From positions 1,116,001 to 1,180,000 of the forward strand of contig JANJGN010000150.1 in the NCBI GenBank assembly GCA_026770705.1: a DNA stretch of 64,000 bases, written 5' to 3'. Shown here one piece after another: positions 23,228-35,595 of the stretch (positions within the stretch are counted from its first letter, which is position 1; every line of letters starts with the position of its first letter). The DNA comes from Isurus oxyrinchus (taxonomy: Eukaryota). The notes under the pieces were generated by a model. That model made no database searches, was not told where the DNA came from, and worked only from the letters and a program-made list of their open reading frames with translations. The position numbers and the translations under genes are program-made.

Positions 23228-23324
23228 GTAGAGACTGCAGTAAATGGACAGTAGGATTGCTCACGGCTGGGATCATGTTGAGTGTTTTCCTGGCTGGAAT
23301 CTTCATCTTCATCTGTGTGAGAAA
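23228..23324 (+). CDS. Gene A transmembrane exon: CRDCSKWTVGLLTAGIMLSVFLAGIFIFICVRK
   Basis: tttttacAG| and |GTAAGT, phase 1-2. About 23 hydrophobic residues followed by a basic stop-transfer signal. Confidence 0.88.
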
Positions 23325-23354
23325 GTAAGTCTGAAGATTTAACTTGATTTTAAT

Positions 23355-23680
23355 ATAAACATTTGCTTCAATGTTCTTTCCTTAAGTCGGTGATTGTTTC
23401 CCTTGGGATCAGCACCAGGTCCCTCTCGGTAAGTGGTCCCTGTGTCCACTCTGATCCGGAGAGAACCTTTCATTGTCCTGTATCCAGGTAAACAATCACG
23501 AGACCCAGAGATTCCTCACTCTGCACGAATACTCCTGGATAAATATTTGCTTCAATGTTCTTTCCTGAAGTCGGTGATTGTTTCCCTTGTGTTAAGCGCC
23601 AGATGCCTCTCCGTAACTGGTCTCTTTGTCCCTTATGATCCAGAGAGTGTTTTTCATTGCCCGTTATCCAGATGAATAAT
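23355..23680 (+). repeat. Diverged ~183-bp tandem duplication in intron
   Basis: atttgcttcaatgttctttcc.taagtcggtgattgtttcccttg occurs at ~23361 and ~23545. Confidence 0.8.
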
Positions 23681-24189
23681 AATCAGTTGCTGTGATCTGG
23701 AAGGTGCTGCCTGAAAGGGAGGTGGAAGCAGATTCAATAGGAACTTTCAAAAGGGGAATTGGATAAATACTTGAAGGGGGAAAATTTGAAGGGCTATGGG
23801 GGCAAGAGCAGGGGTGGAGGGGGGGTCAAAGATATGGCATGTTATTATAATGATATTATACCTTGGGCTTATTTACTGTACAAGACACAAAGCACCAATC
23901 GCACACAGGGATTGGGTGAGAATGTTATGGGCTCGTTTATCAAGAACAGTTATACATACGGATAAAGCTTGGAGGCATCAGAGCTGTGAGTGTGTGCTCT
24001 GCTCAAAGCAAAAGTGAAACTAAGATTGGATCACATGACACACTTCCATTATAGTGATGTCACGCTGATATCCCTTATTGGAACTAGAGACAGTCCAGTC
24101 ATTGGTGTAAGGTTACAGTGGGCTTTGTGTCTGTGCTGCACTGACTCTCTGCTATATGATAACCACAGTGTGATATTGTGTTATTGCAG

Positions 24190-24271
24190 GAGAAAGACAG
24201 CGATGGAGGAGAGAGTTTCAGGGACCAGAGACATTGCATTGACCCCCAGTCCACTCTCTGTGAAGCAGCAG
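24190..24271 (+). CDS. Gene A cytoplasmic exon 1 (KRKTAMEERVSGTRDIALTPSPLSVKQQ)
   Basis: ttgcAG| and cag|GTACAG, phase 2-0, in frame with the TM exon. Confidence 0.75.
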
Positions 24272-24445
24272 GTACAGGAGCTGTTTACACTCACTCCAAA
24301 GCTTCAACCCCAGTGTGTAGACAACACGTGTCCCAGATTCTCAGCCAGGTTACCCACTGACTTCTAACTGTGGAGTCAGCAATGGCTCAGTTTTTAGCAT
24401 TGTCTCTTGCTCTCTCTCTCTCTCCCTCAGTCTCTCTTTCTCCAG

Positions 24446-24478
24446 AAACCTGAGCACAAAAATGCCGATACATCTGAG
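24446..24478 (+). CDS. Gene A candidate 33-nt cytoplasmic mini-exon (KPEHKNADTSE)
   Basis: Long pyrimidine tract ending ctccAG|, donor gag|GTCAGC, phase 0-0. Confidence 0.55.
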
Positions 24479-24504
24479 GTCAGCACTGGGGGAGAGCAAC
24501 ACAG

Positions 24505-24835
24505 AAGGAGAATCAGTACTGAGGGTGTGCTGCACCATTGGAGGGTCAGTAATGAGAGAGTGATGCATTGGAGAAGGCTCAGTACTGAGAGAGTGCTGCA
24601 CTGTCAGAGGGTCAGTACTGAGAGACTGCTGCACTATCGGAGGGTCAGTACTGAGGGGGTGCTGCACTGTCGGAGGGTCAGAACTGAGGGAGTGCTGCAC
24701 TATCGGATGTTCAATACTGAGGGAGCGCCGCACGGTTGGAGGGTCCATATTGAAGGAATGCTGCCCTCTCGAAGGGGCAGTTCCAAGGGAGTGCCGCACT
24801 GTCAGGAGCCAGCACTGAGAGAACGTTGCATTGTT
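24505..24835 (+). repeat. Degenerate 33-bp minisatellite
   Basis: Same unit as 7600-8470. Confidence 0.85.
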
Positions 24836-25192
24836 CAAAGTGCCATCTTGCAGAACAGTTGTGTAATGCTGACCATGTTTACCCTCTCAGGTGGGCATAT
24901 AAGATCCAACATTATAGCAGTGACACACTTCAATAAAATTCCTTCATTGGCGTGAGGTGTTTTGGATGCCTGTGTTTGTGATGAATGGAGCACAAATCTC
25001 ATGATTCAGATGGTAACTAGGACTTCCAGACTCAGGTGAGCAAGAGAGAGAGAGAGAGAGGGAAAGAGAGAGAGCGAAAAAAGGGTTAAACCCACTGAGC
25101 CACGACTGACACTAACGAGGCTGCACAATAATTTAACCCTATCAGTGCCAGTAAATGATGTGAGGATGTCTTCTGTTTCCATTTCTCTGTAG

Positions 25193-25441
25193 GATGAACA
25201 GAACATGCTGATTACTGAGCCCCGGGACACAACCAGAGACACAACTAGTGAGGGGCAGACCCTAGCTCCCCGGGGTCTCTCTGAAAGTCCAGTGGGAGGC
25301 GATGCTGGACATGGGAACCCCGACAATCCCGACGACCTTCTCTACGCCAACATCAACTTTTCAAAGCTGCCCAGCGGTGACAGGACTGTGCACAGGAGCG
25401 AGGACACGGAATACACACTGATTGGATTCCAGAAAAACTGA
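25193..25441 (+). CDS. Gene A terminal exon with ITIM (LLYANI, 25337-25354) and ITSM-like motif (TEYTLI, 25406-25423)
   Basis: tttctctgtAG| phase-0 acceptor, open frame to TGA at 25439-25441. Confidence 0.88.
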   Translation, partial: DEQNMLITEPRDTTRDTTSEGQTLAPRGLSESPVGGDAGHGNPDNPDDLLYANINFSKLPSGDRTVHRSEDTEYTLIGFQKN

Positions 25442-25631
25442 GTGTGAAACAGGGAGCGGGGCTGTGGGGTGTGTGCAGCCAACATGGTCAAATAGTAATG
25501 AACAGAAATATGATGTTGCTCAATTTTTTTTATCAGTTCTGAGTGAGCTTTCTGAATGCTGCACCTTTTTCCATGCTGTAAAAGATTGTGAGAAGCTTAT
25601 GAATTATGTATAATTTTACATCTGTTAATAC

Positions 25632-27720
25632 AAGGTGAGGTGAGAGTGACTGCCTTTGACATCAAGGCTGCATTTGACCGAGTGTGGCATCTAGGAGCCC
25701 GAGTAAAACTGGAGTCAATGTGAATCAGGGGTGGTATGAAAATCCAATAACTTTCATAATATTTTTCTGGTTTGTTGTAAAGTAGGTTTATGGGTGTGAG
25801 TGTAGATGGGTCTGTCTGTGTGGTTTAATTACATCTGGAGTCAGGTAGACTATAAGCTTGAGATTATCAAAAGAAGCTAGGTGTAGAAATGTACTGGAAA
25901 TGTTGAAATGGAGGCTGTCTCAGCATGTAAGGTGTGAAGAGAATTTGCATTTTTAGATAAGTTAAGGGATTGTTTGGATTTCAAAGGCACGCTGGTCTGT
26001 TTACAACTGTCCTGATAAGCAAGGCTGAGGAGTGTTTTAATTTTTCCCAAAGTTTACTGACAATATTGGCAACATAAAAGTTATTATATTATTAGAAAGT
26101 TACAGTTCCAAAGACATATAAACAATCGAATTTACACATCAAAGAGGGAGAAACACATTTAAAGGAGAATGAAAGGCTATGTTGGGGGCCATGTAAGATC
26201 TAACAGGAGTGTGTGAAACAGGCTTGAAGAAGCCTCCAGGCATTTGTGCAAAAGTTTGTTATATTGAGTAAATAAAGTTGGAGAAACCCGTTTAGAATTC
26301 CAGTGTCAAGTGTGTGCTGTGTTAACTCGCTGGGTTTGTTTTTAATCTAAAATCTTATTTTGGACTGTTGCCTTAAACGGGGTATGTAACTGGGAGTCAG
26401 GTTAATTAGGAATGTTAGGATTTGTTTTAGTAGTAACTGCTGCCTTAGATACGTGCTTGAAATCTTTTATTTTGTCAATAAATATTTTAAATTAGTTTTT
26501 AAGATCTCTAGATGTCTTCATCGATTAATTTCTCCTGAATTCAGTACATGCATCTCGTAATAAATATAAATTGCAAAACTGTTGTGATAGCACAATCAAG
26601 TTGCCATTGTGGATTTCGCACACATCATCTGCCATGTCATAAGGTGGGGGGGAAACACTCAGCTGGTTCGATTCGTACCTAGCACAAAGGTTGTGGTTGT
26701 TGGAGGTCATTCATCTCAGTTCCAGGACATCACCGCAGGAGTTGCTCAGTGTAGTGTCCTCGGCCCAACCATCTTCAGCTGCTTCATCAATGACGTTCAT
26801 TCTATCAGAAGGTCAGAATTATGGATGTTCGCTGATGATTGCACAATGTTTAGCACCATTCGTGACTCATCAGATACTGAAGCAGCCCATGTCCAAATAT
26901 AGCAAGACCTGGCCATTATCCAGGCTTGGCCTGACAAGTGGCAAGTAACTTTCATGCCACACAATTGCCAGGCAAAGACCATCTCCAACCAGAGAGAATC
27001 TATTAATTTCCCCTTGACATTCAATGGCATTACCATTGCTGAATCCCCCACTATCAACATTCTGGGGGTTACCATTGACCAGAAACTGAACTGGACTAGC
27101 CATATAAATACTGTGGCCACAACACCAGGCCAGATGCTGGGAATCATGTGGTGAATAACTCACCTCCTGATTCCCCAAAGCCTGTCCACCATCTTCAAGG
27201 CACAGGTCAGGAGTGTGATGGAATACTCCCCACTTGCCTAGGTGGGTGCAGCTCTCACAACAGACAAGAAGCTCGACACCGTCCAGGACAAAGCATCGCG
27301 TCTGATTGGCACCTCATCCACAAACATTCTCTCCCTCCACAACTGACGCACAGTGGCAGCAGTGTGTGTACCATCTACAAGATGCACCGCAGGGGCTCAC
27401 CAACACTCCTTAGACGGCACCTTCCAAACACATGATCACTACCATCTCGAAGGACAAGGGCAGCAGACACATGGGAACACCACCACCTGGAAGTTCCCCT
27501 CCAAGTCACTCAGCATCCTGACTTGCAAATATATCACCGTTCCATCACTGTCGCTGGGTCAGAATCCTGCAACTCCCTCCCAAACAGTTCTGTGGGTGTA
27601 CATACACCACAGGGACTGCAGCAGCTCAAGAAGGCAGCTCACCCCCATATTCTCAAGGACAATTAGGGATGGGCAATAAATTCTGGCCTAGCCAGTGTCA
27701 GTGAATGAATAAAAAAAAGA
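25632..27720 (+). mobile_element. 5'-truncated CR1/L2-superclade LINE (RT and 3' end), interrupted by an insertion at ~25732-26643
   Basis: VTAFDIKAAFDRVWH at ~25645 resumes at ~26650 (ETLSWFDSYL), then VLGPTIFSCFIND and MFADD. Tail caattagggatgggcaataaa...tgaatgaat. Confidence 0.85.
25732..26643. mobile_element. ~0.9-kb insertion nested in the LINE, possibly a solo LTR
   Basis: Splits a contiguous RT reading frame. Imperfect inverted ends tggtatga...tcataa. No coding signal. Confidence 0.45.
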
Positions 27721-29582
27721 AGCAATTAAAATGCCCTGACATTTCTGTACATTTTTATCAAATTAAATACGTTCTCTAGTGAATAATTCCATTCTCCAAG
27801 GCACCACTTCCTGTTTTCACATGCCCTTCTGATTATTTAAATTCCTGTGTCATTGGTAATGGAACATTCCCATGTAAACATGTCACACTGTAATTACAGC
27901 CTCCTGCCAGTGGTGGTGCTCTAGTGTCCTAGTTTTGCTTCTCAGAGACTGGAGGAGATCTATACGTTGTGTTTACAATATGAGTAACACTCAGGGGTGA
28001 CCAGGGGGATTCTTTCGGCCAAGTTTATGATGTTGCTAAGATACAATGGCCCCATGGGATTTTTCCTACTGCGTTTACAAGGTTGAATCGAAGAGATTTT
28101 TGAAGTGTCTGGCACAGTTTTATAAAGGTCCCCGCACTGCGTTCAGGTCTGGGGCCTGCAGCTTAGGAATGATATATTGTCCATGGAGAGGATGCTGTAC
28201 CGATTCACCAGAATGATCCCGGGGCTGAAAGGGTTAAATCCCGAGGACAGGTTGCACAGACCAGGCTTGTGTTCCCTCGAGTCTCGAAGATTAAGGGGTG
28301 ATCTAATCGAGGGGTTTATGATGATTAAAGGCTTTGATATGGGCAATAGAGAGAACGCAGCAGCTCATTGAACTTTGTCCAGCGCTGATGGGCTTGTATT
28401 GCACTCACCACAGCCGCTACTTGAACCCAGGCCCTCTTGGTTGCTGCAGGATCATTACGGTGACCAGCCGAATACAGGGCTGCTCTCCTCTTCTGGATCT
28501 CTTCCACCAAAACAGGAAGGTCCTATCAGGAGAGCACGGAGCAGCTGGACCCAGCCATTTCCCAGCGTCCCCGCTGTGTGACATTCTATCAACGGAAAGG
28601 TAAGGTGAAAAGGGTCACGGTCCATTCAGATTACAAAGCTCCCGTTGACTTTTGTGTGCTTGTCCACACGAACCATTTTCACTGCATCACCAGTGATTAC
28701 TGGGAAGGTTTGGTGGAGAGACCGGCTCTGCATGAATGCTCGGTGCCGGGCATGTTGTGGCTGTGACTCTGTGGGAACACGCGGTGCTCCGTCACCACCC
28801 ACAGCCCTACCGGTTTCCTCCCTCTGACTCAAGCTGTTATGTCGTGACAGTGAGCAGCTGCGAGGGACCTGGGCAAGGGTCAACAGTGTGGGCACCTGCT
28901 GATGGACGGGTGGCAAGGGGGCAAATGGATGTGATAATGAGCATGGCACTGTCCATCATTCGTCCACCCTCTGAGTCTTTGGCAGCTAACCACATGACTG
29001 CAGAATATCTGTACCAGCGAGTGGTGGTGGGACAATGCCAACTCCGAGTCTGTGTCTTGTGAATCCATCTCATGTTTTCACTTGAGCCCACAGAAACCCA
29101 CAGGAAACCCACAGAGTGACAGTCACTGGGAAAGACACTCGCTCCTTGTGGCTTCACGTTTTAACCATATCCTGTCTGAGTGTCTCAAATGTTAAACACA
29201 CCAGCCATATTCAGGGAGGTTTCACTNNNNNNNNNNNNNNNNNNNNNNNNNNNNNNNNNNNNNNNNNNNNNNNNNNNNNNNNNNNNNNNNNNNNNNNNNN
29301 NNNNNNNNNNNNNNNNNNNNNNNNNNNNNNNNNNNNNNNNNNNNNNNNNNNNNNNNNNNNNNNNNNNNNNNNNTCTAGGTGTGTGTATGTGTGTGTGTGA
29401 GAGAGAGATTCTAGTGTATGTGTGTGTGTATGTGTTTGTACATGTGTGTGTTTGTGTGTATGAGTGTGTGCCTGTATGTGTGTGTGTTTTTGTGCGTGTG
29501 TGTGTGTGTTTCTGGTTGTGTGTATGTGTGTGTGTGTGTTTGTGTGTTCGTGTGCAGTGTTTGTGTATGTTTATTTGTTGTA

Positions 29583-29619
<37 letters not shown>

Positions 29620-31282
29620 GTGTGTGTTTGTGCCTCTCTGTGAGACTGTGTGTATCTGACAGCAGGTCAGGCAGAAATAGTCCAGAATGCGCTGTGGTTT
29701 TGTAGCATTGAAACAATGACATGATCTAAATGAGTGCTGCACCAAATAAAGACATGGAGTGACCACACCAAAAAACCACGTGACTTCCCCAGTTTCACAT
29801 CTCCCTCAAACACAGAAAAACTGGGTTAACACTGACCCTCCTCCCAGAGCCAGTTCACCTCGTGTCCGATGCGGTCAGGAGAGGAAGATCATCTCTCCTC
29901 CGATCCTGCTAAACTGAACATTTCCAGAATTAGATCAGCTCCCTGAAGTGTCTCCAGTTAGACATTCATCTGACAGGATTGACTCTACAACCCTGGGGAC
30001 TCATTCTCCTGTAAGTAAAACACTTGCTGCTCCTGTCAAATCTCTTCTGTACAGCATGGTCTCTGGATGTCCCAGAACACTTTACAATTGAATTCACCCT
30101 TTTTTCGAAGTGTGGTTACTGTTGTAATGTAGGAAACGCAGCAGCCAATTAGCGCACAGCAAGCTCCCACAAACAGCAATGTGATCATCTGTTTTTAGTG
30201 ATGTTGGTTGAGGGATAAATATTGGTCCCAGGACACGGGGAGAACTCCCCCCTGCTCTTCCTCCAAATAGTGGCTGTGGGATCTTTCACACCCGCCCGAG
30301 AGGGCAGACGGGGGACTCGGTTTAGTGTCTAATATTGGACTAATCTCCAGGCGAGGTTGGCTGGATGGATTATTGACAAGGTCCATTCACCCTGTAAAGA
30401 GTTTCTCTGGTTTGAAATACCTGATCAAACATCGAGTTCTGTGTCTAAACCTTGTGTGGAAAAGACACCTTTCCAGCTATTCACCTGCCATTAGCTTGTT
30501 GAGTCTTCACACGCTCCGTCTGTCCGTAACCAACCCCTCTTAGCTCATCCTTTCCTTGTCGTACATCGAGCTGTTCATCCTGACGGGTTCCATCCTTCCC
30601 AGTAACACTCCATCTCCGACATCAAACTAACTCCGAACACGTTGATGAATTGTATGGATTCCAGCGTCAGTTGGTTCTGTCTGAGGCTGTTTCTCTGATC
30701 GGGGACCGAGCTGTTCTGAACGGACATTGTGTTCAGCAGTTCTTATTGCAGATCAGGCTGTTCAACCAATGCTGCTGTTCACTGAGGTGACTCTGATTCT
30801 ACATTCACACATTAATGATCTCATGTCCAGCAGCAAACATCTGAATGAAGCCAGGTTCAAGAAAAAACCCAGCTGCTTGATCCGACAGTTATCTGTTCAG
30901 GCATGGCCCCTTGTTCCAAATAACAAACATTATTTAAAAATAGTCATCACATGAGCCTGGTTAACAAGGAAATGAAACCATGAACAATTTGCAGTAAAGT
31001 GAAACGTACAGGACTAATCTATTTATATTGAGCTGATGATATAGAATTTTACACGAGGCATGTTTCTAATTTCTAACATCATCTAAAATACGGCAGTTCT
31101 GACAGTGCAGCACTCCCTCAGAACTAACCCTCTGGCTGTGTAGCACTCTCTCAGTACTGACCCTCCGACAATTCAGCCCTCCGTCAGCACTCCCGCACTG
31201 TATCCATCTGCGTTTTGAGCTGAAATCTTGAGCAGGCCTCCAAAACACAATCTTCCGTGTCAGAGAGAGAGAGAGAGAGACA

Positions 31283-31323
<41 letters not shown>

Positions 31324-32155
31324 TGTGAGAGAGAGAGAATGTGAGAAATTGTGTGTGAGACAGTGTGCATGTGAGAGAGTGAGAGTGTGTGTGTATTTGA
31401 GAGATGGAGCAACAGTGTGTATGTGAGAGAGTGTGTGTGAGAGAGAGGGTGTGTTTGAGAGAGAAAGAGAGAGTGTGCATGTTTGATAGAGTGTATGTGT
31501 GAGAGAGTGTGTGTGTGAGACAGTGTGTGTTTGAGAGTGTGTGTTTGAGAGAGAGTGTGCGCGTGTGTGAGAGAGCGTGTGCTTGAGAGAGAGGGTGTGT
31601 TTGAGAGAGAGTGTGTATGTGTTTGAGATAGAGAATGACTGTGCGATGGAGTGTGTGTTTGAGAGAGAGAATGTGTGTGTGAGAAAGTGTGTTTGAGAGG
31701 GTGTGTGTGAGAGAGAGAGTGCCAGTGCGAGAGAGTGTGTGTTTGTGAGAGGGAGCGAGAATATGTGTGTGAGAGAGAGAGATAGAGCAGAAGACTGCGA
31801 TAGAGAGAGATTGTGAGTGTTAGAGAGAGAATGTATGTGAGAGAGAGAGAGATAGAGCAGAAGAGTGTGATAGAGAGAGATTGTGAGGGCTAAACTCACT
31901 GAGAGAAAAATCTGGACACCCAGCAGAGGGAGTGAAGGAACAATGAATTTTTGCCGTGTTTGGTGAATCGGTTTGCGATGTCCCTTCTCAATCTCTCCTT
32001 CCTTGTCTTGACATTAGTTTATTCTCTGGGGCTGTTTAACTCCCTGAAAGGTGCCATTTAAACACAAGTTGTTGTTGTTTGAGGAAGAAACGCTGGGGAC
32101 AATTTCTGAAAAAGTCTCTGTCTTTATCATTTTCCATTTAGATGAGGAACTGAAG

Positions 32156-32201
32156 ATGGGAGAGGTCGGTCTGATATTGATCTTCATCAGCTTGCTGCAA
32201 G
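32156..32201 (+). CDS. Gene B coding exon 1: signal peptide, identical to gene A
   Basis: MGEVGLILIFISLLQ(G), phase-1 donor at 32202. Confidence 0.85.
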
Positions 32202-33021
32202 GTACAAATTCATTACTGATTGGAACTCAGGGAATTGGATTCTTTCCTGGAGTGAGGAAGTGAACATTTAATTTTAGAGAACAGGGTTAGTGATCACACA
32301 GAGAGTGAGTGAATAGCGAGTCAGAGAATTTAGCAAAAGCAAAAGCCTCATACGGACTCGAAATGTCAACTCTGTTTCTCTCTCCACAGATGCTGTCAGA
32401 CCTGCTGAGTTTTTCCAGCATTTTCTGTTTGTGCATCAGAGAGCTTGTTTCAATAGGAATGACAGTGCATTTATATAGCACCTTTAATGCAGTAAAACAT
32501 CCTTATTGCTTCACAGGATTCCCCCACAAGGGGTAACATCCCCTCAGCATCCACCCTGTCAAACCCCCCACCACCTCAGAATCTTATATGTTTCAATAAG
32601 ATCACCTCTCATTCTTCTAAACTCCAATGGATACAGGGCCCAACCTGCTCAAGATTTCCTCATAAGACAAACCCACTTCATCCCAGGAATCAGCCCAGTG
32701 ATCCTCCTCTGAGCTGCCTCCAATGCAGAGTCTATCCCTCCCTAAGTAAGGAGACCAGAACTGTACACACTGCTCCTGATACAATCTCACCAACGCCCTG
32801 TACAGTTGTAGCAAGACTCCCCTCCTTTTATACTCCATCCCTTTGCAATAAAGGCCAACATTCCACTTGCCTTCCTCATTCTGTGCTGTTCCTGAATGCT
32901 GACTTTCTGTGATTCATGTACATGGACACCCAGATCCCTCTGTGTCACATTCTGTAGACTCTCTCCATTGAAGTAATATACTGCTTTTTGATGTCCTGTC
33001 CCCTCCCTTGTTGCCTTTCAG

Positions 33022-33378
33022 GAGTGACGTCAGAGGGATGGTCTATGAAGGCGCTGCCTCAGAGGGCCATCAGCAGCTCTTGTGTGGTTATTCCGTGTAG
33101 CTTTGACTTTCCTTCCCACTCTTACACAGCACTGCACGGAGCTTGGTATAAATATTGGTATAGATGGAAATATACCGTCACATACACCAAAGATCCCAAT
33201 TATGCGATGGCCACATTCGTGGGACGTGCTAAAATAATCGGCGACTTGGAAGGGAAGAATTGTTCGGTGAGGATTGACAGTCTCAGAGCTGAAGACAGTG
33301 ATGAGTATTACTTTTACGTGGATATGGAGGGCTACACAGATCACACTTTTACACAACCAGTCCAACTCCAGGTTCTCG
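33022..33378 (+). CDS. Gene B Siglec/MAG-like V-set exon, essential Arg replaced by Tyr
   Basis: 357 nt, phase 1-1. By eye, 8 nt differences from gene A (5 non-synonymous, 3 synonymous). Confidence 0.92.
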
Positions 33379-35307
33379 GTAAGTCCCAGTTCCTTTCACA
33401 CTCAGTCTCTCAGCACAAGGGGGTCATGTTCTCATCTCAGAGCCAGGCAGTCATGGGTTCAATTCCTGCTCCAGGAGATGTCAGTACAAAGTCCAGGATG
33501 TGATCAGGCGCAGTACTGAGGGAGTACTGCACTGTCAGGGTCAGTAATGAAGGAGTGCACTGTCAGAGGATCAGTACTGAGAGAGTGCTGCACTGTCAGA
33601 AGGTCAGTACTGAAGGATTGCTGCACTGTCACAGGGTTAGTACTGAGAGAGTGCCGCACTGTCGGAGGGTCAGTAGTGAGGGAGTGCTGCACTGTTGGAG
33701 GGTCAGTACTGAGGGAGTGCTGCACTGTCACAAGGTCTGTACTGAGAGAATGCTGCGCTGTCGGAGGGTCAGTACTGAGGAAATGCTGGACTGTCAGAGG
33801 GTCAGTACTGAGGGAGTGTTGCACTGTTGGAGGGTCAGCGCTGAGGGATTGCTGCACTGTCAGAGGGTCATTACTGATGGGGTGCTGCACTGTTGGAGGG
33901 TCAGTACTGAGGGAGTGCTGCAGTGTCGGAGTGTCAGTACTGAGGGAGTGCTGCACATTTGGAGGATCAGTACTGAGGGAGTGCTGCAGCGTTGGAGGGG
34001 TCAGTGCTGAGTGACTGCTGCACAGACTGAAGATCATTACTTGTGTCAAAAAGTTTTAGTTTACTTTTTGTTCCAACTTATGCAGCAACTGCACCACATC
34101 CCCATGTGTTAACTGGAGCATGTCAGCCTGGAGTTACATGGAATTCCAGAGCAGAATCTGCTATCATAGATTGAAGCTGGCATCACTAAGTGTCCCTCAG
34201 TGATGATCTTTTCTGATGGAATGAAACTTGGAAAAGCAGTGGGTAGTGATAAGGAGAGATTGGGCACGAGAGGGGCAGGATCAGGGTGAGGTGGGCAGAC
34301 ACATGGCTGATGCAGTTCAGCGCAGTGACATGTGAAGTGACGCACTTTGTCAGGATGAATACAGAAAGTTATTGGACACGAACAATTTGGACAAGTGTTG
34401 GATAATAGAGACCTGGGCGTCTCTCTGCACACATCCTGAAAGATTAAAGGGCAACTTGTTGAGGGGATTAAGAAAGCAAATATTTTCCTTGTGTTTATAG
34501 ACTGAGGAACCGAGTTAAAAGCAAAGAGATCATGCTGGAACTTTATAAATCACTGGTTAGAACTCAGCTAGAATATTGTTCAGAACCCTGGGCCCCCACA
34601 CTTCAGGAAAGATGTAAGAGCTTTAGAAAGGGAGCCCAGGAGGACAGAACAGTAAAAACTGGGACATAAGAGTACCGCTCCAAACTGGTCTTGTATAGCT
34701 TAACATATAACACCAGTAAAACTGGGAAATAAGAGTCCTGGTCTGAACTGTTTTTTTGCTTCTGGGTGAGGAGGAGATTGAGCAGAATGGGTCCAGGGAT
34801 GAGGGATTTTAGCTAGAAGGTTGGGTTGGAGAAGCTGGGGTTGTTCTCCTTGGAGCAAAGGAGATTGAGGGGGGGGGATCTGATCGAGGTGTACAAGATG
34901 ATGACGGGTTTAGATCAGGTCGACAAAGAGAAGTTCTTGCCATTAGCTGATCATACAAGGACTGGGGGACACAGATTGAAGGTTTTGGGCAGTGGGGAAT
35001 GTGAAGAAGAACTTTTTTACACAGCGAGTGGTAATGAGCTGGAACTCGCTGCTATGAGGATGGTGGAAGTGGAGACGATGGGCGATTTCAAAATGAAATT
35101 GGATGGACACTTGAGGGAAATAAATTCGCAGGGATAGAGGAGGAGGAATGGGACTGATTGGATTGCTCTGCAGAGATACAGCATGGACTCGATGGGCTGA
35201 ATGGCCTCCTTCTGTGTTCTGAGTGTCTGTGACCCTATTGAAAAATCATAGCACAAATCAAATCTCTCTTCTACTTGTCTGTTAACATCTGGAACTTTCT
35301 ATTACAG

Positions 35308-35595
35308 ATGTTCCAGATAAGCCAGTTATTGTGCTCCTGAAGGATTTACAGGAGGGGACTCCTGCACATATCATCTGTAAATGCCTCTACACCTGTCCTG
35401 ATAACCACCCCAATCTAACCTGGAGTGAATTGCTGACTTCCTCGGTCAGCAACATCACAGAGAACGGTGGCGTGGTTTCCGCTCTACTGACCTTTAACCC
35501 TTCGTTCAAGCATCATGGACGAACTCTCCGCTGTACCTGTGACTACCCTCAAACCAGCCATCGAGTGGTCAACTCAGTTACTCTGAGTGTAAAGT
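35308..35595 (+). CDS. Gene B Siglec domain-2 type C2-set exon
   Basis: 288 nt, phase 1-1. Three amino-acid differences from gene A, including a gained NIT sequon. Confidence 0.92.
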
